This document shows, piece after piece, positions 63,308 through 64,000 of a stretch of DNA of 64,000 bases. The stretch's first letter is position 1; each line of letters begins with the position of its first letter. Below the pieces are notes generated by a model. That model was not told the origin of the DNA, made no database searches, and saw only the letters and a program-made list of their open reading frames with translations. Position numbers and translations under genes: made by a program. Origin of the DNA: Octopus sinensis. Lineage: Eukaryota. The DNA is taken from NCBI RefSeq assembly GCF_006345805.1, contig NC_043001.1:72168001-72232000 (forward strand), read 5' to 3'.

Positions 63308-63897
63308 GTAGTGGTGAGATGTGACAGCAAGGAAAAGCATACATTCACTCTCTGCATGCAATTAGACTCGGAAAGTTCGTGGGAACCCATTGACCCAATT
63401 TGCTGACTTTTCCGATAGCACACAGGTCTCAATGAATGGTTGAATGACCAAATCCAAGCTTCTCTGCTAGTTCCTCAACAGTTACGATGAGATTTTGTTC
63501 CACCAGGGTTTTCAGAATATCCTTGTCGAGTTCTACAGATCTTTCAGGATGAGGCTCGTTTTAGGCTGTAGTTTATGGCTCGGAATTTCTGGAACCACCA
63601 TTGACACTGCCTTACACTTATTGTCCAATCCCCATATACTGCATTAATATTTCTTGTACTTTCCGTTGTGTTGTTGTCTTTATTGAACTCATAAAGCAAA
63701 ATATGCCAAATATGCTCCTTGTTACTTCCAACATAGCTTTGAAAAAAATAGCTGTTAAAATCGAAATGCACTCTTCAAAACTTGCACTATGAATAAGGAC
63801 AAGATAAAATTACTACCTGCTTTTATAGCAAGTTAATATAAGTAGTTTATCCCATTCCCCTCTGACTTTTAGTTCAAGTTGTTGAAAAAAACCGCAT
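63308..63897 (-). mobile_element. Mariner (Mos1/Hsmar-type) 5' half
   Basis: KEHIWHILLYEFNK..ISVRQCQWWFQKFRA and ..KVSKLGQWVPHELSES; the catalytic part is missing. Confidence 0.85.
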
Positions 63898-64000
63898 TAT
63901 ATATATATATATACATACATACATACATACATATACACACACACTCTCTCTCTCACACACATGCACACATTTATATTCTGTTATTCTTTTATAGTTTCAG

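Overview
AT-rich, repeat-dense animal genomic DNA. The microsatellite load and tRNA-headed SINE families point to a coleoid cephalopod (octopus-like); this is inference. The main gene is a minus-strand ETS factor of the GABPA/Ets97D type. I reconstructed nine coding exons (37674 to 20254) with canonical GT-AG junctions and consistent phases, giving 465 aa with N-terminal, PNT and ETS domains. A CpG-retaining putative promoter lies at about 52.4-54.1 kb. A convergent plus-strand terminal exon at 4188-4341 resembles CCDC191. The rest is mobile DNA: a young internally deleted CsRn1-like Ty3/Gypsy element (6177-10978), several mariner/maT/pogo copies and MITEs, two Helitron-type ends, a decayed CR1-group LINE, and a near-full-length L2/CR1-group LINE (about 56454-61524) inside a microsatellite. 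The most interesting signals are: (i) a tRNA-headed retroposon ending in a Penelope-type minimal hammerhead fold, present as a head-to-head palindrome, plus a second hammerhead-like family; (ii) a LINE whose 3' tail and covarying stem-loop are shared with SINEs in the same window; (iii) a Myb/SANT(trihelix)-like domain in that LINE's ORF1; (iv) a 14-aa duplication in the GABP-beta-binding tail of GABPA. No alignments, folding or database searches were run.
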